Source: a virus
DNA: 42,910 bases
Strand: one strand, 5' to 3'
IMG/VR virus record: IMGVR_UViG_3300018036_000022
Span: 1-42,910 of that record
Of the stretch, positions 30,166 to 37,641 are shown in pieces (within the stretch, counting starts at the first letter, position 1; every line of letters begins with the position of its first letter). Below the pieces are notes generated by a model. The model saw only the letters and a program-made list of their open reading frames with translations, searched no databases and was not told the origin of the DNA. Both the position numbers and the translations under genes were made by a program.

Positions 30166-31245
30166 ATGGCACAAAGAAATCAAGGTCTTGCTAGAGACAA
30201 CAACTTATCAGAACCACTTGACGATGGCCAAGCAATCACTAACCTTGCCGGCGCTGGTGTTGACCAAGATCTGTTTATCTTTATTAATAACTTAAACAAT
30301 ACGTCTGAGCTAATATGGGATCCAAATGCACTCCAAGCGAGTATAACCACTTCGTCGAACAGTGCAGCAAATAAAAGATTCTTATTTGGTCAAGAAGTAC
30401 CATTTACATTTACAACGAATGATGTTATAACTAACGTAACTGTTAGAAACAATCTTGATGTTGACAGTGACGGTGAATACACAGACTCTCCGCACGCGAC
30501 TGATGACACTAAGTATTACGTAGTGGATCTTGCGTTAGGACAAGGGTCGTTTAGAAACCAAAGAGCGTTTGGTCTAGCGACAACTGAAAACGGTACTCCT
30601 ATAACAATACCTACTGCGTGGAGAACACGATTCGTTGTCCTGACTCGCAGTGATGCAGTTACACAGGATAATATTGTTAGGATCGCAACACCTGAGATTC
30701 AAAACAGCGCTGCTAATAATGGCGGTGATATTGGAGCAGCTTCGTCGTTTAGTTATAGCATTGGTGAAAACTTTAATGCTGCATTTGAGACTATTGAGTC
30801 AAACGTTGACATAGCTAACTTTAAGCGTGTTCAAAAATATTCAGAGACTGCATCCGTTGCGTCTGATAGAGATATTAAGCTTGAAGGAAGTATTAGATCC
30901 GGTGATCCTGATGGTGCGAACGATGCAGCAAGTAAACTTAATAGGGATACCTACCCAACCGCTCCTGGCGTATACATCACGGATCCTTTCTCTGACATTA
31001 CTGACATCGAAGCAACCCGAGCGTTCTCGACCTCGGCAAATCCTTGGAGTGAAGCAACAGGAAAACTTACTACGCCTTCAGAGCAGGTTAACATTGGTAA
31101 CCTTTTATTCGCTGATGGTATTGAGGTTGATGGATTAACCATCACGACCGCATCAGGAAATGTTAAAGACTCAGGAGAGTTTACTCATAAGCTAGGCGTA
31201 AACATTGATGGCGTTGAGTACTTTCTCTGTCTAGGACCTGCTTAA
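30166..31245 (+). CDS. Hypothetical virion structural protein
   Basis: 359 aa, 'MAQRNQGLARDNNLSEPLDDGQAITNLAGAGVDQDLFIFINNLNN...'; structural context; good RBS spacing. Confidence 0.55.
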   Translation: MAQRNQGLARDNNLSEPLDDGQAITNLAGAGVDQDLFIFINNLNNTSELIWDPNALQASITTSSNSAANKRFLFGQEVPFTFTTNDVITNVTVRNNLDVDSDGEYTDSPHATDDTKYYVVDLALGQGSFRNQRAFGLATTENGTPITIPTAWRTRFVVLTRSDAVTQDNIVRIATPEIQNSAANNGGDIGAASSFSYSIGENFNAAFETIESNVDIANFKRVQKYSETASVASDRDIKLEGSIRSGDPDGANDAASKLNRDTYPTAPGVYITDPFSDITDIEATRAFSTSANPWSEATGKLTTPSEQVNIGNLLFADGIEVDGLTITTASGNVKDSGEFTHKLGVNIDGVEYFLCLGPA

Positions 31246-33752
31246 ACCGCATCCACCAATATATTATATGTTGTGCCAGTTAGATCCTTGATTGGAATCT
31301 TTCTGTCATAGGCAGGGTTTGCGCTAGCAGTGTTTACCGTTCCGTTCTCAACAAATAATCTAATGAACTTAACCTCTGAATCATTACCGGTGATCTCAAT
31401 CGTAGGTCTTGACGAAGTAGTCTGTAAACCGTTTTGCGTGGCTGTGAATGGCGGTGAGGTATCAGTTGGTGGAAAACAAAGATCCTTATTGACATTTGTT
31501 GATACTAATACAACTACTTGGTCAGCAGGAATATCATCGGAGATTTCATCACTTAAGGTAATAGTTGATCCACTAACCGAAGCAGTAGTACCCGCTGGGA
31601 TACGATTACCAAAGAAGATAAAGTATCCTGATGACGGTAATGTAGCTGCACCTGGTTCACCGTCATATATTGTTGGACTAGTGATGGTTAACTGTGTTGC
31701 TCCGCTAGATGCATTACCCACAGTCGTTGCACCATAAACGCCATTACAATAGGTATCAAGTGAGTCGTTCTTAAGACCGCTTCTTTCATATATCGCAACT
31801 ACTGGATCTACCGATGCCCCTTGGCCTAAACTTGATTGGTCAATCAATGCACGACTTACGTCAAACGTTGATCCGTCTATAAGGTCAGTCACTACGTTGT
31901 ATTGATTAGTTTGGCTAGCATATGCAACCAATACGTCACCAACGTTTACTGCCGCGGTTCCTGGCCCAGAAAAGTTACTTACACGTGTTCCGTTTGATGT
32001 CCAGGTTGATCCTGTTAGATCTATGGCCTTAAGGCCTCTGTGATCCAAGAAAGTAAACGTGAAACTACCAGAAGTATCAGAACTATTATGAACACTGTCG
32101 ATAGGTAGGCTTACGAATACCGCTTCATTGATTGATATTTCAGTAACAACTGGAACACCTGCGGTATAATCAAACTTAGGATCGCCAGTGTTTGTACCTT
32201 GAGCCAATACAACGTTTCCGACCTCGATTCCATCGGTATTTCCTGTCGTAAGAATGATTGAACCCTGATTCCACGATAAGGATTTCTGATAAGCAATATC
32301 CTCCCAGTCCCTAGGGGGTTCGTATGGCAGAACCAATTGACCTTTTGTGAAAACATTTTGGTATGTTGATTCGGTCGTACTACCAATTGAGCCATCGGAT
32401 CCCGCGAACAGTCTTGTACCACCTGGAGGTACTCTGTCCTCATAGTAGTTATAAAAGTCACCTGCGTCTAACCCAGTTGGGGTTCTTTCATAATCTTCAT
32501 CGTGTAGGTACCTATAGTTCATATATGTAGAAGAACTGTTTGGCGGAGTAGTGTTAACCGACAGCGAGTTCACTAGACTCGATTCAGCAGAAAAATTATA
32601 CACACCGCCGTTGTCAACATTTAGATCCGTTACGTTACTTAATAGTGAATGAGGGTTTCCACTTGACGGGTTTGCCCACATGTATCTAACGGTGATTGGG
32701 TAATAAGTATACGCAGAGAGGTTTCCTGAGGTCTCAAAAAAGTCGCCTGATTCTCCGAATGGATGTACCGCATACAATGTGTAACTACCACCAGTGCCAG
32801 TGAATGCACTTGATAACGTAAAACTTCCGACTCCGGACGCGTCATCCACGTCAATCTCGCTGACCGTGATTAGATTATCAGTATCGTTAAATTGAGATAT
32901 GTCGCTCGAGCCAGATGTATCTGCTCCACTCCATATGATATCACCTCGCAGCAAATGACGTATAGTAGCAATTCCGTTTTGAGTGGAAGGAGCTCCTGAG
33001 AGAGGGAGTATGAAGGCTTGGTCGGATCCGTTTATCAAGGTTACTCCGATAGGCATGACTGGTCTAAGTTTTGCGTGAACAACTGATCCTGGTCCTGATA
33101 CTGCATTTGCACCAGTATTAAACTCGAAGGAAAACAGCCCAGTGGTTGATACCGAGAATCTCCATCGGCCTGCACGAGTTGGCTTAAACCAACCGTTCCA
33201 TTCTATTCCGCCGCGGTCACTACCCAGCTCATCCTTAAGTTGACCGATAAACGTGTACTGACCTTGTTCCCAAAATATCTCTGAGTCAACGGTATTACCA
33301 TCAGCGTCCTTAAACTCAACTGCGTCGTTGATGTCAAATATTCCAGAAAGAGCTGCTGGTACGTTTGTGGCTGTTGCTGTGTTAGTGTCGACTTGTTCAA
33401 AATATCTTGTAGTAAGTCCATTACCGCCAAAGAACTGTGGTTCTCCAATAGTAAATCGTGCTTGATCAAATCTGTTTTGAAGACTAATGATTGGCTGATA
33501 TGTTTCTTCTAGGCCAGTGTTTGGATTAATGACAGTAGGAGCCGCACCATCGATGTTTAAGAAGTCGCCACGTGTCATAGTGGTTCTACGAAGACCTCGT
33601 AGAACATCAAGATCTTGACTGATAAATCTATCGCCTTCTTGACCTTGTGCAGCGATATTCCCAAGCATGTTGTTTAATGCAGTCTCTGGAGTGGGTATAT
33701 CCGCAAAGTTTAGGTCACGACGTAGACCGCGTTTCTTAAAGGTACGAGCCAT
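31242..33752 (-). CDS. Virion structural protein/putative adhesin, possible PA14-like region; the only convincing minus-strand gene
   Basis: 836 aa. 'MARTFKKRGLRRDLNFADIPTPETALNNMLGNIAAQG...RGGIEWNGWFKPTRAGRWRFSVSTTGLFSFEFNTG...'. Purine-rich RBS (aagagag on the minus strand) and upstream late-promoter motifs. Confidence 0.75.
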   Translation of the reverse strand: MARTFKKRGLRRDLNFADIPTPETALNNMLGNIAAQGQEGDRFISQDLDVLRGLRRTTMTRGDFLNIDGAAPTVINPNTGLEETYQPIISLQNRFDQARFTIGEPQFFGGNGLTTRYFEQVDTNTATATNVPAALSGIFDINDAVEFKDADGNTVDSEIFWEQGQYTFIGQLKDELGSDRGGIEWNGWFKPTRAGRWRFSVSTTGLFSFEFNTGANAVSGPGSVVHAKLRPVMPIGVTLINGSDQAFILPLSGAPSTQNGIATIRHLLRGDIIWSGADTSGSSDISQFNDTDNLITVSEIDVDDASGVGSFTLSSAFTGTGGSYTLYAVHPFGESGDFFETSGNLSAYTYYPITVRYMWANPSSGNPHSLLSNVTDLNVDNGGVYNFSAESSLVNSLSVNTTPPNSSSTYMNYRYLHDEDYERTPTGLDAGDFYNYYEDRVPPGGTRLFAGSDGSIGSTTESTYQNVFTKGQLVLPYEPPRDWEDIAYQKSLSWNQGSIILTTGNTDGIEVGNVVLAQGTNTGDPKFDYTAGVPVVTEISINEAVFVSLPIDSVHNSSDTSGSFTFTFLDHRGLKAIDLTGSTWTSNGTRVSNFSGPGTAAVNVGDVLVAYASQTNQYNVVTDLIDGSTFDVSRALIDQSSLGQGASVDPVVAIYERSGLKNDSLDTYCNGVYGATTVGNASSGATQLTITSPTIYDGEPGAATLPSSGYFIFFGNRIPAGTTASVSGSTITLSDEISDDIPADQVVVLVSTNVNKDLCFPPTDTSPPFTATQNGLQTTSSRPTIEITGNDSEVKFIRLFVENGTVNTASANPAYDRKIPIKDLTGTTYNILVDAV

Positions 33753-33786
33753 ATTAATGTTCTCTCTTAATGTTGTCCTACTAGTT

Positions 33787-33794
33787 TATTTATA
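33787..33794 (-). promoter_or_regulatory. Late promoter motif TATAAATA (minus strand)
   Basis: Plus strand TATTTATA; 35 nt upstream of the minus-strand start codon at 33752; part of palindrome TATTTATAAATA (33787-33798). Confidence 0.7.
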
Positions 33795-33798
33795 AATA
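33791..33798 (+). promoter_or_regulatory. Late promoter motif TATAAATA (plus strand)
   Basis: Exact match; overlaps the minus-strand motif in a 12-bp palindrome. Confidence 0.5.
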
Positions 33799-33827
33799 GT
33801 ACTGAGGGTTCTTTACATCTTCATAGT

Positions 33828-33835
33828 TATTTATA
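33828..33835 (-). promoter_or_regulatory. Second late promoter motif TATAAATA (minus strand)
   Basis: Plus strand TATTTATA in 'gttatttatatctc'. Confidence 0.55.
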
Positions 33836-33860
33836 TCTCATACTAAGAAGATGTGAAAAG

Positions 33861-33868
33861 TATAAATA
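33861..33868 (+). promoter_or_regulatory. Late promoter motif TATAAATA (plus strand)
   Basis: Exact match, 37 nt upstream of the ATG at 33906. Confidence 0.7.
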
Positions 33869-33905
33869 TAATCAGTAATAAGCAAAAGGTAAGGCTGACC
33901 TAGGC

Positions 33906-34244
33906 ATGGCTACATACGCAAACATTGTAATTGATCAAGGCGCAGATTTCGAGGCTACTATTAGTCTTGAGGACGAAAACCAAGATCCATTTGATCTGTC
34001 GGGTTATAACGTTACAGGTCAAGTACGTAGAACTTACAAATCAGCCACCGCTTATGATTTTACCGTTAACGTCGCAGATGCAGGCAATGGACAGGTAACT
34101 ATATCAATGACAGCAGCTGAAACTGCTGCGATCAAATCAGGTCGTTATGTTTATGATGTTAAGGCTACATCGTCAGGTGGAGCAGTAACACGAGCACTTG
34201 AGGGATCCGTTGAGGTAACTCCAAGCGTAACTAGGAGCAGTTAA
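33906..34244 (+). CDS. Small structural protein, BppU N-terminal/Ig-like fold-like
   Basis: 'ANIVIDQGADFEATISLEDENQDPFDLSGYNVTGQVRRTYKSATAYDFTVNVADAGNGQVTISMTAAETAAIKSGRYVYDVKAT' resembles baseplate upper/adaptor proteins. Confidence 0.65.
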   Translation: MATYANIVIDQGADFEATISLEDENQDPFDLSGYNVTGQVRRTYKSATAYDFTVNVADAGNGQVTISMTAAETAAIKSGRYVYDVKATSSGGAVTRALEGSVEVTPSVTRSS

Positions 34245-34247
34245 CGA

Positions 34248-34451
34248 ATGAAGATTAAGGCAACCATAAAGGATCAAAACGATCTTCGTATTAGGACTTC
34301 AAGTTTTCAATCAAGAAGACTTGGCGATCTAACCGACGTGGACACTACTAATCTTCAGGATGGATCAGTCCTAGTATATAATTCATCAACGACTAAATTT
34401 GAAACAACTATCACACTCGAAAAACAAATCATTAACGGGGGCAACTTCTAA
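34248..34451 (+). CDS. Small structural/fibre-associated protein
   Basis: 67 aa 'RLGDLTDVDTTNLQDGSVLVYNSSTTKFETT', a motif common in phage fibre proteins; tightly coupled to the next gene. Confidence 0.55.
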   Translation: MKIKATIKDQNDLRIRTSSFQSRRLGDLTDVDTTNLQDGSVLVYNSSTTKFETTITLEKQIINGGNF

Positions 34452-36595
34452 TGGCAACGACTATTAAAATTCATCGCTCCAGTACTACTAACGCTCCAGT
34501 AGATCTGCATCAGGGGGAGCTCGCGTACTCATACGGTACCGATGGACTAACTCCCGCTGACGTAGCTTCTGGTGGTAAGCGACTCTATATTGGTACTGGA
34601 TCTGTTCAATCCGATGGCTATGCAGCTTCGGTAGAACTAATTGGTGGTTCGTATTTTACGAATCTACTTGACCATGCACATGGCACACTAACACCTAACT
34701 CTGCGATTATCGTAGACGGTAACTCAAAGATCGATGTTCTTAACATTGATAACATTACCATTGATGGTAATGACATTACTTCGACTGACACCAACGGCAA
34801 TATTAATATTACGCCTGACGGTACTGGTCGAACAAACATTACTAACCTAACCGCAACCACAACGATCGTATCCGACCTTGACGCAAACAGAGTTGTTCTT
34901 ACAACGACTTCTGGTCAACTCGTTGAGTATGATTCGTTTACTTACTCTGCTGGATCCGACGGTGGAATCGTAGTAGACATTCAGGGTGATCTTGATATCA
35001 CTGGATCCGCCGATATTGATAACATTAATATCAACGGAAACACAATCAAGGCATCTGATACTAACGGCAACCTTAATCTTCAAGGTGACGGTTCAGGTTA
35101 TGTAGACTTTAACACTACTGACGCTGTCAAGCTACCTGTTGGTACTGACGCTCAGAAATCAGGTTTCACAAACGTCCAAGGTCAGATTCGATACAACACT
35201 GACTCGTCTGGATTTGAGGGTTACAACGGTACTAACTGGAGTGGCTTGGGTGGCGTAATCGACGTTGACCAAGATACGAAGATTCTTGCTGAACTATCCT
35301 CTGGCGCAGATAACGATAAACTTTACTTCTATACAGCCAACGTTCTAAGAATGACTGTGGACCAAAACGGTCTAGAGTTTAACGATCAGTCGGCTTACAT
35401 TGATGTAGGTAATCTTCGTTTAGCAGCTAACACGATTAGCACAACGGATGGTAACGCAGCTTCTCCATCAACCATGATCCTTGATCCTAACCCTGCTGGT
35501 ACACCCGGTACGGTTCTTATCCAAGGTAACCTTCAGGTTAATGGTACAACCACAACGGTCAACTCAACGACTACTACAGTCAACGATCCGATCTTTGTTC
35601 TTGCTGACACTGTCTCAATTAAGACTCTTGAATACGAAGCCGCAACGGCAACCACTCTTGGTGCCAATGCTTCCGTAGGCGATACGACAATTGATGTTGC
35701 ATCCGCTACGGGTATTCAAAACGGTGACACCGTAACTGGTGCAGGTATTGATAATAACACCACGGTAACTAACATCGCTGGTACAACGATCACTATCTCG
35801 CAACAAGTCGCAACGGCAATGACATCCGGTGATGCGGTTACGTTTACCGACTATACTCTTGCTTCTGGTGCTACCTCGATCGATCTTGCTGATGGCGACA
35901 ATATTGCCGTCAATGATGCAGTAAGTGGTACGGGTATCGCTGGTGGTACAACCGTATCGTCCATAGTAATTAATACTGATGGTACTGCGACCGTTGGCCT
36001 GTCCGCAGCAACGACCGGTGTTCTTAATGATAACCAAGAACTAACATTCACCAAGGCAACTGACGACAACAGGGATCGTGGTATTAAGTTCCATTATGTG
36101 GACGGTACCGCCAAGGTTGGTTTCTTTGGTTACGATGACAGCACTGGTGAGTTAACCTATGTACCTGATGCAACTGATACTGCATCGGTTATCTCTGGTG
36201 ACCGAGGTGTTGCTCACTTTGGCGATCTTAAGCTTGACGGTAACATCACCGAGTATGGTGAAGGCGCAAGCTCAGCAATCACTGACGGTGAGTTGCTGAT
36301 TGGTAACTCTTCTCTTGGTCAATTTGATAAAGTAACTCTTGCCACCGCGGCCAACACTGCGATTGAGATCGTTAACGGCGCAGGTACGATTACCTTTGAT
36401 ATTGATGAAGCAACCACAATTGCTACGACTGATACCGCTCTTACCGCAACTGACGGTGATGGGTTGGATCTTTCTCCTTCTGGAACAACGGCTCAGAACA
36501 AAGACGCACTTGGTGTGGCATCGTTCGCAAGTGAGCAGTTTAACGTTTCTGCAGGTCACGTTTACATCACCACGATTGATGGTGGTGAGTACTAA
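34451..36595 (+). CDS. Tail fibre protein
   Basis: 'TIKIHRSSTTNAPVDLHQGELAYSYGT...GKRLYIGTG' N-terminal fibre anchor; repetitive beta-rich 'ITIDGNDITSTDTNGNINITPDGTG' and 'VNGTTTTVNSTTTTVNDPIFVLA'. Confidence 0.75.
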   Translation: MATTIKIHRSSTTNAPVDLHQGELAYSYGTDGLTPADVASGGKRLYIGTGSVQSDGYAASVELIGGSYFTNLLDHAHGTLTPNSAIIVDGNSKIDVLNIDNITIDGNDITSTDTNGNINITPDGTGRTNITNLTATTTIVSDLDANRVVLTTTSGQLVEYDSFTYSAGSDGGIVVDIQGDLDITGSADIDNININGNTIKASDTNGNLNLQGDGSGYVDFNTTDAVKLPVGTDAQKSGFTNVQGQIRYNTDSSGFEGYNGTNWSGLGGVIDVDQDTKILAELSSGADNDKLYFYTANVLRMTVDQNGLEFNDQSAYIDVGNLRLAANTISTTDGNAASPSTMILDPNPAGTPGTVLIQGNLQVNGTTTTVNSTTTTVNDPIFVLADTVSIKTLEYEAATATTLGANASVGDTTIDVASATGIQNGDTVTGAGIDNNTTVTNIAGTTITISQQVATAMTSGDAVTFTDYTLASGATSIDLADGDNIAVNDAVSGTGIAGGTTVSSIVINTDGTATVGLSAATTGVLNDNQELTFTKATDDNRDRGIKFHYVDGTAKVGFFGYDDSTGELTYVPDATDTASVISGDRGVAHFGDLKLDGNITEYGEGASSAITDGELLIGNSSLGQFDKVTLATAANTAIEIVNGAGTITFDIDEATTIATTDTALTATDGDGLDLSPSGTTAQNKDALGVASFASEQFNVSAGHVYITTIDGGEY

Positions 36596-36607
36596 ATTTT
36601 TATGATA

Positions 36608-36627
36608 GCGGGGGTACATACCCCCGC
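36608..36627. terminator. GC-rich stem-loop, terminator-like
   Basis: GCGGGGG-TACATA-CCCCCGC, 10 nt after the stop of the fibre gene; only a short downstream T stretch (GTTTGACTT). Confidence 0.5.
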
Positions 36628-36636
36628 GTTTGACTT

Positions 36637-36650
36637 GCCTTATATAAGGC
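36637..36650. promoter_or_regulatory. 14-bp perfect palindrome GCCTTATATAAGGC before the next fibre gene
   Basis: Perfect dyad with an AT-rich TATATAAG core in a 79-bp intergenic gap; function unknown. Confidence 0.35.
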
Positions 36651-36674
36651 GTACATTGTTGAGGAATATTCTTA

Positions 36675-37640
36675 ATGGCGACTAATGTCAAGCTAAAGCG
36701 GTCCGCCGTACATGCGAAGGTACCAACTACCTCTGCATTACAGTTAGGCGAACTCGCGATAAACACATACGACGGATACATCTTTCTTAAAAGGGATGGC
36801 CTAAACGGGGAAGAGATTGTTCGTTTCCGTGGTAACTGTGCGACTGATGAATCAGTTATTCTTGACACTTTCACCGGCGATAACTCAACCGTTGACTTCA
36901 ATCTAACCGAAGCACCAGCGGATGAACAGTACGTCTTTGTAACAATCAACGGTGTGTCACAGCACGCCGATGCTTATACTCTCTCAAACGGAACTCTTAC
37001 CTTCTCCCAGGCACCCGCGCTGAATGACGCAATCGAGTGTCGGACTTTAGCGATTCATAATGCTGAGTTCCGTTTGAGAGATTATCAGTCCTACGTATAT
37101 CAACCCAGCACTAGCACGACAACGTTCACTGGTGCGGATGTAGACGGTAACACCCTTACATACGATCTTGAAATGATCGAGGTGTATCTTAACGGTGCTC
37201 GTCTTGTTCATAGTCTTGACTATACGGCAACGAACGGTACATCAGTCGTTCTTCAAACGGCAATATCATCAGGTGATACTCTTGAAATTGTATCGTTGGC
37301 CAAGGCCAGCTTTATTGACTCAGAAGGGTTAATCAATAGCGAGCTTGTAGCTACAACAACATCCTCAGGTCAGATCGTTGATACCTTCAAATCAAATACT
37401 TACAGAACAGCAAAATACATTGTGTCTATGTCGCACGCAAGTGCAGGTTATCATGCGACTGAAGTTTTATTGGTTCATGATGGTACAACAGTGTACATGA
37501 CCGAGTATGGTACGATATATACTAGTAGTTCCCTAGGAACATTGGATGCATCAATCTTAACGGGCAACGTAAGGTTAACGGTAACACCGACCAATACGAA
37601 CACCACGATTAAGACTAAAAGAATTACGGTGAGCGCATAA
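36675..37640 (+). CDS. Tail fibre protein with conserved N-terminal anchor
   Basis: 'MATNVKLKRSAVHAKVPTTSALQLGELAINTYDGYIFLKRDG' is the classic fibre N-terminal motif. Confidence 0.72.
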   Translation: MATNVKLKRSAVHAKVPTTSALQLGELAINTYDGYIFLKRDGLNGEEIVRFRGNCATDESVILDTFTGDNSTVDFNLTEAPADEQYVFVTINGVSQHADAYTLSNGTLTFSQAPALNDAIECRTLAIHNAEFRLRDYQSYVYQPSTSTTTFTGADVDGNTLTYDLEMIEVYLNGARLVHSLDYTATNGTSVVLQTAISSGDTLEIVSLAKASFIDSEGLINSELVATTTSSGQIVDTFKSNTYRTAKYIVSMSHASAGYHATEVLLVHDGTTVYMTEYGTIYTSSSLGTLDASILTGNVRLTVTPTNTNTTIKTKRITVSA

Positions 37641-37641
37641 C

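Noticed and set aside
31330-31737. Plus-strand ORF of 135 aa
   Set aside because: Antisense of the strongly supported minus-strand structural gene; no domain signal.
33787-33868. Possible site-specific inversion or attachment site because of palindromes and inverted repeats
   Set aside because: Inverted repeats are short (8-12 bp) and the TATTTATAAATA palindrome is explained by two overlapping late-promoter motifs; no recombinase gene is in the window.
36272-36949. Minus-strand ORF of 225 aa
   Set aside because: Antisense to two well-supported fibre genes and spans the intergenic hairpins; Cys/Arg/Ser-rich shadow-ORF composition and no protein-like domain pattern.
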